A stretch of 64,000 nt of DNA from Leucoraja erinacea (GCF_028641065.1 NW_026575374.1:124001-188000), one strand, 5' to 3'. Positions 25,606 to 40,002 are shown, numbered from the stretch's first letter. The notes: generated by a model not told the origin, from the sequence alone. Made by a program: numbers and translations.

Positions 25606-26430
25606 ACTTTCCTATATGTTCCCCCGGGCACGTTTGGCGCGTCGTGTCAGTCATGTCTGCAAGACAACCCTTATCCCCTTTGATCTCTGCGCGGCTGACT
25701 CGCTCCCCAAGAACGAAATGTTTTCAGCCGCCGTCGCAATTAAACTTTTCTACGTTTCTTTTCACCGACACGCCTCTTTTTAGATGGCAACTTTTTTAGG
25801 CACCTCTTTCTGGAGTCTGTACGTTCGCCCTGTGACGTCGTGGGTTTTCTCCGGGTTCTACAATTACCTTACACACTAAAGACGTACAAGTTTGTAGGCT
25901 AACTGGCTTAGTATAATAGTCCCAAGTCCGTCGGAGAGTGCGGGGATCAATGGTCGGCGCGGACTCGGTGGGCCGAAGGACCCGTTTCGCGCTGTATCAC
26001 TAAACTAAATTAAAGGAGAAAAATGCTTATACGGACAATAAGTTACTGTGGCATCATGTCCCACCAATCTGTTATTTTGCGCGTTAATTGGTAGTTAAAA
26101 TCACAATCAAACGTCGTGTGGTCTCGCGATAACATAGTTCATCATTGAACATAAAACACATTAATTGCACGGAGCCAATTTGTGCAAGAATAGTGAAACA
26201 TAAAAATGAGTAAGCAGGAACTACAGATGCCTGTTTACACCGAAGATTAGCCTATAAAAGTTGGAGTAACTAAGCGGTCAGAAAGTCTCTCTGGAAAAAA
26301 TGGGTTGGGGTGCTGGAGACAGCGGGATTAGACTCCGTACAGCAAGTGATTGCGCGACCATTGCACCTAAACCTCTGTGGAGACAGTAATATAACAGGGC
26401 AAGGGCAGTTCTTTCTGCTGTCGGGTCGGT

Positions 26431-26446
26431 GGCTCTTAAAAGAGCC
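26431..26446 (-). terminator. Histone 3' stem-loop of H3
   Basis: Minus strand GGCTCTTTTAAGAGCC, with HDE-like gaaagaactg downstream. Confidence 0.95.
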
Positions 26447-26473
26447 GTTTGTTATCGGAGTTAGAGGCCGGGT

Positions 26474-26890
<417 letters not shown>

Positions 26891-28239
26891 TCAACAGTGA
26901 AATACAGGAACTGGTGGACGGAGCCGGATCTGGGAGCGGCTTTTAAAGCTTTGGTGAAGGGCCAGCCCGCAGCTTGTGATTGGCTGGGGTATACGCGGTC
27001 TATCACAGTGTCCTAGCGCTGAGATTGGCTGCAGGTCTGTCAGCTCCAGCCGGCAGTTTAAGAAGGTCTGAGGTCGGCGTGGGGAATTATCTGCGACCAA
27101 ATACAGGGTTTAATGATAGGCGGGGAGCGGGGGTTCATTTAGTTTAGTTTAGCTTAAATTTTAGTTTTGTTTATTGTCACGTGTACCGAGGTATAGCGAA
27201 AAGCTTTTTTGTTGCGTGCTACCCAATCAGTAGAAAAACTACATGATTATTATTAAGCCATCCACAGGATAACGAGAATAGCACTTTGCGTAATATGAAG
27301 TCCAATAAGGTCCGATTAAAGATCGTTTATGTTTGTGACCCAAATCAAGTAACTACCCGAATTGTTAACATATTGTGTAAAATATGATATAAATCATAAC
27401 TGAAAATCGTCAAGAACAAAACCTGCCCATATTTTTAAAATATGAGGAAAACCCTCAAATTTTCTGAATAGTAATTGTCCAATCAAAGCACGTTTGACTG
27501 AGCTGGACGCCAATTGACCAATCACGTGCTTTGTTTCAGGCTAGTTCGGGATGTAGCCAACATCAAGTCGTGGGACCAGTGAAACATTGTGAATCAACTG
27601 GAACTGAAAGGTAAGATCTAAAGTCTGAATTTATGAAATTTAATCTGTATGCACTTTAATTAATTTAATTTCAACCTCTTATAATGTGAAAAATTAGATC
27701 TGGAGGCTGAAGTTAAGGGCCTAAACTATTTCTATCTATAACAAATCAAATTAAAAGTTGTCACTAATGCCAGCTTGTTGAAGTCAAAGAACTCTTAAAC
27801 ATCGAATCTCGGAGCTGCCTGTGATAATTTAACGCAAAGACGTGCTCCGACCGCGGAGCCTATGTACTTAACATAGTGAAGCCGTGGTCTCCGGTAAGAA
27901 GCAGCCGATTCAGGAACTCAGAGCCGCGGACTGTGTTTGGATCAACGCCGCTCCATTCTCGATGGTAGGCCGCGAGGATGGGGCGAAGAAGCAGCTCGGA
28001 GGGATGCTGCCTCTCCGACCAGGTAGGTGACTAAGAATTAAAGTTTCCCCCTTCCCCACCCCCACCCACCACATAAAAGACCTCCACTAACATTTTGGAC
28101 AGGGCTTAAAATTAAAAGAAGGTGAAGAACATGAGAAAAATATGGGGAAAATGGGCATTGGAAGAAACAGACTCTAACATGTTTATACAAGCCCATAATG
28201 AACTATTTGGTAAAGGACAAATTGTGTGTTACCTTGCTA

Positions 28240-28468
28240 CTCTCAGAAATACGTCTGTTCTCTTTACAGGATTGATATGCCTTATACTTTCTGTTGGCAC
28301 ATGAGGGAGGGACATGTGCTATTGTGAAAGACAGATGTATGATGGGAATTCAGGACAGAACTAACATCACAAACATCAAAATTACATTATTACACTGCTC
28401 GATGGGATACTGGATGGTATTGAATGGGGAGACTGGGGATTTGGGGGATTTTATAATTGGATCATTAG
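28240..28468 (+). pseudogene. env: ERV env transmembrane subunit relic (immunosuppressive domain)
   Basis: EIRLFSLQD*YALYFLLAHEGGTCAIVKDRC matches the LQNR.ALD.LLA..GG.C pattern; a Trp-rich WGDWGFGGFYNWII segment follows. Confidence 0.72.
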
Positions 28469-28470
28469 TA

Positions 28471-29437
28471 CAGGTGCACAACCTTTTATCCGAAAGCCTT
28501 GGGACCAGACACTTGTCGGATTTCGGACATTTTCGGATTTCCGAATGGAAGATTTTTTGCGTAGATTAGGTAGGTAGCGCGGGCGGTTTGAAAAGTCTGG
28601 AGCGGCTGCCTCCTCCCTGGAGACCGGGGAATCATTGTAAATCATTGCATAAATGTTAGTCAGTTAGTTTGGAGGGATTTTATGTGGTGGGGTGGGTGGG
28701 TGAAGGGGTAAACTTTAATTCTTAGTCCCCTACCTGGTCGGCGACTCCCAACATCGCGGAGCTGGGGGCTCCGTCCGGCCGCGGGCGGCGCCGGTTGTAG
28801 CTCCGACCCCGGCAACTCCACCCCTGGCTGCGCGGCGCTCCAAATCCAGCGCCGCCCGCAGCCCCCAGCCCCCAGCTCCGCGAACGTTGGGAGAAGGCGG
28901 CCTCAGCGCCCTGGAGCTTACCGCACAGCGACCCGGCATTGCCCGCTTCCCGCTGGTATCCCAGCGCTGCGACGCAGCCGACTCCCAACATTTGCGGAGC
29001 CTCGCAGCCAGGGGTAGAGTTGCCGGGGTCGGAGCTACAACCGGCGCCGCCCGCAGCCCCAGCTGGGAGTTGGCGGCTACAGCGCTGCGGAGCTTACTGC
29101 ACGGCGACCCGGTAAGGCATTGACCGCTCCCCGCCTCTCCGACCAGGTAGGGGACTAAGAATTAAAGTTTACCCCTTCAACCCCCCCCCCCCACATAAAA
29201 GTCCTCCAAACTAACTGACTAACATTTAAGCAATGATTTACAGATGTTTAAGTGTCTCCCCGGTCTCTGGGGAGGAGGCAGCCACTACAGTAGTACAGAC
29301 CTGGGTTGACCGTGGGTCGTTTCGGGTCAAGTTTGGCGCCAAACGCAGATTTGGTGTGCAGACGACATCCTGGAAAAAATGGCCGGTTTTCGGAGTTTTT
29401 CGGTTTCCGGAACACTGGATAAAAGGTTGTGCACCTG
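28471..29437. mobile_element. Tc1/mariner-pogo type MITE
   Basis: ta|caggtgcacaaccttttatcc ... ggataaaaggttgtgcacctg|ta, plus long internal inverted repeats; partial copies near 10081 and 3600. Confidence 0.88.
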
Positions 29438-30874
29438 TACTACTTTCATTCTGTCTTCACTAAGGAAGACATAAATAATCTGCCCGAAATAGCAGGGGAC
29501 CAGGGGTCAAATGAGATGGAGGAACTGAGTGAAATCCAGGTTAGCCGGGAAGTGGTGTTAAGTAAATTGAATGGATTAAATCCTCAGGGCCAGATAGGCT
29601 GCATCCCAGAGTACTTAAGGAAGTAGGCATGCTGGTGCAGCAGGCAGTGAAGAAAGTGAATGGTATGTTAGCATTCATAGCAAAAGGATTTGAGTATAGG
29701 AGCAGGGAGGTTCTACTGCAGTTGAACAGGGTCTTGGTGAGACCACACCTGGAATATTGCGTACAGTTTTGCCATAGAGGGAGTACAGAGAAGGTTAACC
29801 AGACTGATTCCTGGGATGTCAGGACTTTCATATGAAGGGGTTGGACAAGCTAGATGCAGTTTTTGGGGGCTATAAAGCATCTCAAGGTTAGGTATAAACT
29901 TGGATGACTAATAAGCCAATGCTGATGAATCTCTGCCTTGTGTTATTATCCTATTAGTGGTCACAGAATGACCAGAGTGGGGAATGAGGAAATATTATAT
30001 AAATAGAACCGCTTGGATAGTTACTTTTATATAAGCTAGGTAATTTGCAAAAGAAAAACAAGGTTTTCCTGAACTGAAATAAAGTGCAAACAGACAGATA
30101 CACACAGGCAAAGATGAATCAAAACATGGAGGCCTGAACCTGAATCTGCTTAGCTTAGGTTTATTGCTGAGGCACTGGAGGAAATTGTATTTGATATGAC
30201 TTTGTGTTGAAGAATAGATAACTGAAAAGGGACCTCTTCTTAGGCCAGAGGTCAGTTGTTCTTAGTTGTTCTTTCCTTTGTGGACATTCTTGAGCTGTGA
30301 GGTTTGGGCTGAGTGTGAGATAATAGGCCCTGTAGTTAGCCTTGGCTATGTTGAATTCGGGTGGATATGAGGGGAGTAGTTGTAAAATACCTTGTAGAGA
30401 GATAGCAGGAAAAGGGGAGGCTGTAAGTTAAGCTTTATGAAATATGTAAGTTAAGTGAATGTATCCTGGAACCAAACACTAATTAAGTAAATTGACAGAT
30501 TTACGACCCATGTATCTTTGGATGGGAGATGGAAATGTGCGTTTTGAACTTAGAAACTGTAATTCAGCAAACTTATATAATTAATGTTTTAAAGACATAG
30601 GTAATGGTATTTCAAAATGTGTAAAATTATAGTAACACCAATTATGAAATGTATTGTCTTAGTAGAAAGGAACACTTTAGACTTATAGAAATTGTTTAGA
30701 TTTATAGAAATATATTTTCTCTTGGTATAGAAAGTGTGTATGACTTGTGTGATCATTATGTTATATATGTATCTTGTATTTTGAGGACTGGTCTTTCATA
30801 AGAGCCTACTGGGGTTTTGCTGTGTTGAAATAAAACAATTCTAAAACAGTTATAAAGCACAGGCAAACGAAGGC

Positions 30875-31160
30875 TGTAATGAGGCCAGGGAAGGGGGATC
30901 ATGTGACTGATGTTGTAAATCACCAGAAGGACTCAGATGATTGGTTACTAGCTTGTCATACCCTCTGTATCTGAAATGACTAATACCTATATAAATGCCA
31001 TGAGTTTGTATCAAAGTTACTCCTCTCTGGACCCGCCCCAGAGCATCAGCTCTGTGTTGGAAGGTTCAGGAGACTAGTCCCAGCTGAATAAAGAATTGAT
31101 TTTAACAGCAACAAGTGTTTGAGTCAAGTTGACTTTAGATTGAAAGAACTCAGTTTAACA
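30875..31160 (+). mobile_element. Putative ERV LTR
   Basis: TG...CA boundaries, TATATAA near 30988, AATAAA near 31087; lies downstream of the env relic. The 5' boundary is uncertain. Confidence 0.55.
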
Positions 31161-33389
31161 CCCTCACGCTCATCAGAAATTTCTCACGCTCAGTGGTGAG
31201 AAATTTTGTGATCAACGAAAATTTCAAAACTCGGATAAACTGCAATGGTCCGCGGGTGTTGGAGAGCAGGGGCTGCGGGATGGATGGGAGTAGGACCAGC
31301 GGCCGGAACAGATATGGGGTGCCGGGACGGACGAATGTTTGCCGGGGCTGGCGTGTTGCTCGCTGCAGCTCTGGTCATGGAGCACTCCGGACAGTGCGAG
31401 TGTCCTGGGCGTCGGAAGCGTTGCGCCGCTGCCGCGAGAGTCTCTGTGCCGAAGGGACGCTCTCAAAGGGAGGTGGAGAGAGAGAGAGGGGAAGGAGACA
31501 GGAAGACAGTGGGGAGAGAGCGAGGGGGGTGAGAGGAGAGAGAGACGGGGGGGATGTGAATGGAGAGAGAGAAGAGGGAGGGGGGGGAGAGAGGAGACAT
31601 GTAGGGGAGAGTGAGGTGGGAGAGGGGGGGAGTGAGAGAGAGGGAAGAAAGAGGGAAGTGAGAGAGGAGGTGGAGAAGGAGGAGAGAATGGGAGAGAGAG
31701 AGGGAGGGAGAAAGAGGTTGAGGGGAAGCGAGGGGGAGAGAGAGGAGAGGGCGGTGAGAGAAGAGGGGGGGGGAGAGAGAAAAGAGGGGGGAGAGAAGAA
31801 AGAGGGGGAGAGAGAGAAGAAAGAGGGGGGAGAAGAGAGAGTGAGGGGAGGAGAGTTAGGGGAAAGAGGAGAGAGAGAGTGGAGAGGGGGAGAGAGAGAG
31901 GAGATAGGGGACAAGAGGGAGGGGGAAGAGTAAGGTGGGGGGGGGAGAGAGGGGAGAGAGAGGGGGGAGAGAGAAGAGAGGGAAGGGGAGAGAGTGAGAG
32001 GGGGAGAGGGGAGAGAGAGGGGTGAGAGGAGAAACAGAGGGAGAGAGAGAGAGAGAGCGAGGGGAAAGAGAGGGGGAGGGGAGAGATAGAGGGGGAGAGA
32101 GAGAGGGGGACTGAGAGGAGAGAGAGCGGAAGAGAGGGGGGAGAGAGAGAGAGTCTCTGTGTCGAATTTGCTCAGGTGACCGGCATGGATCAGGCTGCGG
32201 CTCGGTGCATCCTGGAGCACAACCAGTGGCTGCTGGAAGTAAGTACCAAGCACTGGGTAGAAATGGTGGAAGGTAGTGGACTTCAAATGGGGGTGATTGG
32301 AGAAAGCATCCTGCTTGCCTGCTAGATTTTCACTTACTGTAACTGCATGAAAAATGTTCCCGATGTTGGGGGCGTTCAGAACCATTGGTCACAGTTTAAG
32401 AATAAAGGAGGGGGGGGGGGCAGTTAGGACTGAGATGAGGACAAACTTTCTTCACGCAGAGAGTTGTGAATCTGTGGAATTCTCTGCCACAGAAGGTAGT
32501 GCAGGCCAATTCACTGGATGTTTTCAAGAGTTACATTTAGTTCTTGGGGCTAACGACATCAAGGGATATGGGGAAAAAAACAGGAAAGAGGTACTGATTT
32601 TAGATGAATAGCCATGATCATATTGAATGGCAGTGCTGGCTCGAAGGACCGAATGGCCTATTCCTGCACATATTTTCTATGTTTCTATGCTTGAGTATAT
32701 GGTAATAAAACTCCATCACTTGATTTTGAAGCATTCATGCATGGTGGAGGTATAATGTAGTCATAGTGATACAGTGTGAAAACACGCCCTTCGGCGCAAC
32801 TTGCCCACACCCGCCAACATGTCCCAGCTACACTACCTGCTTTTGGTCCATACCTCCAAACCTGTCCTATCCATGTATCAGTCTAACTTTTTCTTAAATG
32901 TTGGGATGGTCCCTGCCTCAACTACCTCCTCTGGCAGCTTGTGCCATACACCCATCACCCTTTGTGTGGATAAAGTTACCCCATAAAAAGTAACCTTTTA
33001 AAAATACTTCATACAAAAACATTGAAATCATACTTCTACAGTGCACTAAAACATGATTTCAAATCTATCCTTCTTCTACACCCTCTCCCCACTCGGTTGC
33101 TCCACTCCCTCACCGGGTACCCCCAAGGCCAGTGATCAGTGATCGCACAGCCTCCCCCCTTTCAAAAACGCTCCAATCCAATTTAAAGCATATATATTGC
33201 ATTCAAGTGTGAGTTATAAGACTCGCTACAGTATGCACCATATTGCACAATTTCAAACTGAAAAATGCAAATGTTCCGTACCAATGGGACGGGGCACCCT
33301 CCTACCACCCACCTCCCCCTCCCCCCGGTCGCGATGCTCCCTCGGGCTTTGTCTCTCGCAGATTTCTCACTCCCAACTATCACCCAGTA

Positions 33390-35306
33390 CATAGATACAT
33401 AGAAAATAGGTGCAGGAGTAGGCCATTCGGCCCTATTCAATATGATCATGGCTGATCATCCAACTCAGTATCCCGTACCTGCCTTCTCTCCATACCCACT
33501 GATCCCTTTAGCCACAAGGGCTACATCTAACTCACTCTTGAATATAGCCAATGAACTGGCCTCAACTACCCTCTGTGGCAAAGAGTTCCAGAGATTCACC
33601 ACTCTCTGCGTGAAAAATGTTTTTCTCATATCCTTAAAGGATTTCCTCAAAGGTTTTTCTCAAATCCTTAAAGGATTTCCCCCTTATCCTTAAGCTGTGA
33701 CCCCTTGTCCTGGACTTCCCCAACATCGGGAACAATCTTCCTGCATCTAGCCTGTCCAACCCCTTGAGAATTTTGTAAGTTTCTATAAGATCCCCCCCTT
33801 AATCTCCTAAATTCTAGCGAGTAATAATAATAATAATGCATTTTATTTGCTGGTGCCTTTCTGGACACCCAAGGACACCTTACAGGACATAAAATCACAA
33901 TACATTTATCAATATTAAAATCTTCGGGCGCCTTGCAAAGTCTCAAGGACACCTTACAAAAATTAACAGGAGAGAAAAAAAACATATAGTCGGAGAAAAA
34001 TAAATAATAAGGACATCATCAATACACAAATTAAAGATAGAAATCGCTCCAAAGACACAAAATCAAAAAATCAAAAAACACAATGTGAAGAGAGAGCAGT
34101 GGCAGCTAAAGCGCGCCAGCATCCACTCTCCCTTCCGACAGCCATCTTGGACACAGACTAACATGATTAACTTACACAAAGAAAAATCATCCCCCCACAA
34201 TGGATACCACTGTGGGGGAATGCACAATGTCCAGTCCCCATCCCCAGTTCACCCAAAGTCAGGCCTATTGAGGCCACCGCTATTGCCTCTACGGAGGCCC
34301 GATGTTCCTGGCCGCTCTGGCCGAGTGGTGTTGCCCCGGCGTCGGGAGAGTCCTCACAGCGGCTGGGCCACCTGGAACGGCCGCTTCCTAGCAGGGGATT
34401 GTCGGCTTCCGAAGCTGACAGGGCCACGCCGGGTTTGAGCTCCCAGGCTCCCGATATTAAAGTCGGCGCTGCCCGGAGGTGTTGATCTCGGCGTTCATGG
34501 CTCATCGGAGCTCCAGCGTGTCGATCCAGTGCGGCGACCCAGGCAAGGCATCGCCCGCTCCGCTCCACGATAGCGCTCCAGCGCTGTGCCGCCAACGAAG
34601 CCGAGGTGCTGGGCGGTCCCCGCCAGGAAACGACGCTCCACGCCAGGTGGTAGGCCACGAGGACGGGTCGACGGGCAGCCCAGAGAAAAAAGCTGCCTCA
34701 CCGACCAGGTAGGGACCTAGAAGTATAATTACCTCCTTCTACCCACATTAAGAAGTCCATTTCTCCAACAAACGAAGAACAAGACTCACTAATAACTTTA
34801 AGAAAAAAATAATTAAATGGACGGCTGCTGGTTAGCAGCCGTTCCCCAAGATGGCTCCTCCTCTTTGTATAAGCCGAGTCTATCCAGTCTTTCTTCATAT
34901 GAAAGTCCTGACATTCCAGGAATCAGTCTGGTGAACCTTCTCTGTACTCCCTCTATGGCAATAATGTCTTCCTCAGATTTGGAGACCAAAACTGTACGCA
35001 ATACTCCAGGTGTGGTCTCACCAAGACCCTGTACAACTGCAGTAGAACCTTCCTGCTCCTATACTCAAATTCTTTTGCTATGAAAGCTGACATACCATGT
35101 GCTTTCTTCACTGCCTGCTGCACTTGCATGCCTAATTTCAATGACTGGTGTACCATGACATCTCCCCTTTTCCTATTCGGCCACCATTTAGATAATAATC
35201 TGCTTTCCTGTTTTAGCCACCAAAGTGGATAACCTCACATTTATCCACATTATACTGCATCTGCCAAACATTTGACCACTCACCCAGCCTATCCAAATCA
35301 CCTTGC
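33390..35306 (-). mobile_element. CR1 LINE 3' part split by a ~1-kb insertion (33822-34862)
   Basis: Collinear with the CR1 at 53650-54540 on both sides of the insert. Confidence 0.85.
33822..34862 (-). mobile_element. Non-coding ~1-kb retroposon with (tta)n tail (paralog 56762-57730)
   Basis: Both copies share the end ggacgg.tgctgg.tagcagccgttcc.caagatggctcctc and a (taa)n run; no ORF recognised. Confidence 0.7.
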
Positions 35307-35379
35307 CAATGTTGGTAGCCCTGTTATTTAATCTTTGGTTTCTCTCTCCAAAAAATGAAATTAACCCGAATGCACCTTC

Positions 35380-35560
35380 ACAGCTTCTTCTATATTTTCA
35401 TCATAAACAGTAAATGGTGCTGTTTTTCATTGGTCAATTGATTCCCCTTTAATTCTGATTGGCCTTCTTGACGGAGTGAAGGGGAAACATTCCAAAATCT
35501 CAGCCAATGGAAATAGGAATCCTACCTATCCTTAATTATCATATTGTATCAATCAGAGAA
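35380..35560. promoter_or_regulatory. Orphan paralog of the H2A/H2B promoter with no histone CDS
   Basis: ttttcattggtcaattg..ctgattggccttct..cagccaatggaaat..taattatcatat.gtatcaatc matches 19188-19325. Confidence 0.75.
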
Positions 35561-36499
35561 GTTAACTCCATTCCTTGGACACGTTCTGATCCGCTCAACA
35601 ATTCCTAGGGTGTCTGTTTTTATTTCAGGTTTCATTTTGGACACCCAATTAAAGTTATTTAATTGACAATCAGGGAACTGCAAGTGCACAATGGATTTAG
35701 ATAAGTTTTCTTGAGATTAGGCACAAAAGTAATGCATTGGAGCAGCAATGCCTTTTCACCACTTTTGATTTGTAAAATGTGAAGATAAATAATGCACTGA
35801 GAATTTATTTTTTTTGCAGGCAGGATGGGATTGAGCGGGTTCAGTAAGACACTAATCTGTCAACCAGGCCATATTCATATATACGTCAGCGGGGCAGGCA
35901 GCATCTGTGGAGAGAATGGGCAGTTGACATTCCTTCTTGTAGAGAGTGGTGGATTTCTGGAACTTTCTCCCCTGGCAGGTTGTGCAGGCGTGATATTTGA
36001 AGAAGCAGTATATTGTTTTTTTAACTTAATCAAGGATTTAACGGCAATGGGAAGCTGGTGTGGAAGAGGAGATGAAGTCCATGGTAGATCAGCAATGACA
36101 ATATTAAATGGTGTGTTAGGCTTGTGTTGTGTCTTGGTTCTTTTTTGTGTGTATGACTGAAGAAACAACATTTCATTTGAACCTCAATGGGGTTCAAATT
36201 ACAAATAAATTGTATTGTATTGTATTGTATTGTATTGTATTGTATTGTATTGAGGGGCCGAGTGGTCTACTCCTGCTCTGATTTTGTTAATCACTGGGGT
36301 AAAATTCAATTCCCACAGAATGAAGTGTTGCCCATGTTGATGACAAAATGGAAGAAGGCTCAGTTATTCCCAGAATCCCCCCTTTTATCCTAACAGGACA
36401 ATATTAAAAGGTGTTGGTCAGCGTCATCATACAGGTAGATGTTTGTGAGATGCACAGACATGAACAGCATTATACTGAACCATGGTAGGCTGGACTACC

Positions 36500-37490
36500 A
36501 TGTTAGATCGCATGGGATCCAGAGAGCTAATCGAATGGATAGATAATTAGGTTCATGGAAGGAACCAGAGGGATGTGTTGGGGCCGTTGCTGTTTGTCGA
36601 TAATGTATAGGATTTGGATGAGAATACAGAAGGCATGATTAGGAAGTTTGCAGATGACACAAAAGTGAGTGCTATTGTACTTAAGGACCTTGGTCAGTTG
36701 GGCAAGTGGTAAATGGAGTTTAATGTGGAAAAGTGTGAGGTGTTGCATTTTGGGAAGACGAACCAGTTCAGGACGTTCACAGTAAATGGCAGGGCCTTGT
36801 AGAGTGTTGTACAGCAGAGGGATCTATGTGTGCAGATACATAGTTTCTTGAAAGTGGCATCACAGGTAGATAGGGGGTTAAAAATGCTTTCAGTACATTC
36901 CCCTTCATCAGTCATGGTATTGAGTATAAGGAGTGGGATGTTATGTTACAGTTGTACAGGACGTTGTTGAGGCCGCTTTTGGAGTTGTGTGTTCAGTTTT
37001 GGCCACCCTGCTACAGGAGGAAGAATTTTGTTAACTTGGAAGGACTGGAGAGAATATTCATGAGGATTTTGCGAATATGTGACGGCCTGGGCTATGGAAT
37101 AGGCTGGGTAGGCTTGGAATTTATTTCTTGGAATATAGGAGCTGTCATTATAGAGCTGGGCAAGATTAGGAGGAGAATAGATAGGGCCAATACACAAAGT
37201 CTTTTGCCCAGAGTACCGAGGGAATAAAGAACCTGAGGACATAGGTTTAAGATGAGAGGGAAAAGGTTTAATGGGAATCTGAAGGGCAACTTGTTCACAC
37301 AGAAGGTGATGCGATATGGAACAAGCTGCCAAAGGACACAGTTGATTTAAAAGACATTTGGACAAGTACAATACATGGATAGGGAAGGTATAGAGGAATA
37401 AGGATCACATGCGGGCAGGTGAGACTAGTGTAGATGAGGTAACCAGATGAGCGCATCCAAGTTGGGCTGAAGGTTCTTTTTCCATGCTGC
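36500..37490 (+). mobile_element. Degenerate CR1 LINE fragment
   Basis: KFADDTK, LQLYRTLLRPLLELCVQFWPP. Confidence 0.8.
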
Positions 37491-39409
37491 ACACCTCAAT
37501 TACTCTGAATATATCAAGTAGTCGAGGCAAGGAGGCAGGAATTCAGATTTATGGACCACGGGGATCTCTTGTGTGCGGAGGTGGATGTGTTGCATTTGAA
37601 CTGGAGTGGGACCAATATCCTGTCCGGCAGATTTGCAACTGCTGCTTGGCAGGGTTTAAGCTTAGTCAATGGGGGATGTGCGATCTTAAGCAGTAGTGAT
37701 GCAGATAAGATTGGAATTTGATGCAGAAGTTAGTGATAGCAAGTTGAGTCAACAAGACAGGCATGAACACAGCAGGGAAGGCATTTGAAATAAATTGCAT
37801 TTATTTCAATGTCAGAGGCCTGACAGGCAAGTTGGATGAACTCAGGTATGGATAGGTTCATCGAAAAACTATTATAGAAACATGGATAAAGGGGTCTCAG
37901 AACTGGCAGCTTGATGTTGCAGGGTACAGGTGCTGCAAGCGTTGAATTTGGAGGCAATAGTAGTAAAGTTGAACATCACAGTAGTGGCACAAGTTGGAAT
38001 TATGGAGGCTTTATGGATGTGGCTGAGAAATAAGAAGGCATTAATCACTTTGTTGGGAATGAGAGGAACAAAGATGCAGGGTGTTTGGAAAAGGATGCAG
38101 CACTATTAATCGGAGGATTATAAGGGATTTTAACTTTCTGAATTTAGGCTGGGACTGCCATAATGTGAAAGACTTGAATTAAGTGGAATTTGTGAAGTAT
38201 GTTCAGGCAAGTGTCTTAAGACAATATTTAGAGGGTCTTATTTGGCAGAGGTCATATCTTGACAAATTAAAGTCAGAGTCATATAGCGTGGAAGCAGGTC
38301 TTTCGGACCAATTAATTCATGCCGATCAAGATGCCCAACTATACTAGTACAATTTGGCCATGTTTATCCCATATCCCTCTAAAGTTTTCCAGTGCTTATG
38401 AAATAGGGTAAGTGACACATGTTAATGGGGAGACACTTTGGGTCAAGTGATCATGGTTTTTGTGTTAGAATAGTTATAGAAAAGTACAGAACTGCTCCAA
38501 GACCTGAAGTTACAAATTGCAGCAAAGCGACTTTTGATGGTATGACTCAGAAGGATAGAAATATTGGTCGGAGTATGTTGTTTGCAAGAAAAGTTGCATC
38601 TGACTGGTGTGACAGTGATTGTTCAAGATCTGCATCATCCTGTTGGAGCGAGGGACCTAGTGGAAGGAAGGAGGGTACATGATGGAGGGAACAGTACAGG
38701 CAGCGTTTTCAAACAAAACCCTGGAGGATTGTCGGTGATGTCGGAGTATACAAGGTAACCAGGAGATGTATGAAGGGGTATGAGATAGCTATGGCAGAGA
38801 AAGTTTAGACTAATCCAAGAGAGATTTCTAAAGAGAGATTTTGAACTCGTGAGAGAATAGTTGCCATGAAAGACCAAAGAGAACATCTACGAGTAGAGTC
38901 ACAGAACGTTGACGAGATCGGCACAAAATATTTTACCAACGTTTTTGCCAGAGAAGAAATGTGAAGATGAGGGCTCGAAAAATTAATTGGGGAGGGGGGG
39001 TCTTGCGAATAGTATGCATTACTGTAGTGGAGGTAGTGAGCATCGTAAAATGTATAACAAAACAAAGAATTGCAGATGCTGGTTAACATACAAAACGACA
39101 CAAAGTGCTAGAGTAACACAGCAGGTCAGACAGTATCTCTGAAGAACATAGCTGGGTGACGCAAAATGATGGCGACCCTTCTTCAACCTGAAACGTCACC
39201 CATTCCTTCTCTCCAGAGATGCTGCTTGTCCCGCTGAGTTACTCCAGCATTTTGTGTCTACCTTCAATTTAAACCAGTATCTGCAGTTCTTTCCTACACA
39301 TAGATAGACAACATTTTGGTTTAAGATCCTGCTTCAGACAGAATGGTCTCAACCAGAAACATCACCCATCCATGTTCTCCACAAATACTACCTGAACAGC
39401 TGAGTTAAT

Positions 39410-39777
39410 AGCACTTCAACTCCCCCTCCCATTCGCCGTCCGACCTCTCTGTCCTGGGTTTTTTTTCCATGGCCAGAGTGAGCAACACCGGAAATTGGAG
39501 GAACAGCACCTCATATTCCGCTTGGGCAGTCTGCATCCTGCGGGCATAAACATTGAATTCTCCCAATTTTGTTAGCCCTTACTGTCTCCTCACTTTCTCA
39601 GCCCTCGGGCTGTCTCCTCACATCCCTCTGCCCTCGGGCTCCATTTCCACCTTTTTCCTTCCTTCTCCCGCCACCCCCTATCAGCCTGAAGAAGGGTTTT
39701 GGCCCGAAACATTGCCTATTTCCTTTGCTCCATAGATGCTGCTGCACCCACTGAGTTTCTCCAGCATTTTTGTGTAC
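39410..39777 (+). mobile_element. Penelope-like 3' fragment with 13-bp target duplication
   Basis: Flanked by cagctgagttaat at 39397-39409 and 39778-39790. Confidence 0.75.
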
Positions 39778-40002
39778 CAGCTGAGTTAATCAAGTAGGTT
39801 ATGTCCTTAAAAGGTGTAAAAATCTCAGCAGCCTCAGCAGCTATATCACTTTATGAAGCTAGAGAAGAAATTGTGGGGGCACTGATTGAGAGCCATGTAT
39901 CATTTCCGGTGTTGCTCACTCTGGCCATGGAGGAGACCCAGGACAGAGAGGTCGGACGGGGAATGGGAGGGGGAGTTGAAGTGCTATTAACTCGGCTGTT
40001 CA

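Larger units (their letters stand above)
31161..35323. mobile_element. hAT-like element (paralog of 17690-18524) carrying nested insertions
   Basis: 31161-31500 is the reverse complement of about 18170-18465. The far terminus gttggtagccctg is at 35311-35323, after a nested CR1. Confidence 0.55.

Noticed and set aside
36210-36251. (ttgta)n array and other short tandem tails
   Set aside because: Ordinary LINE-tail microsatellites with no spacers; not CRISPR-like.
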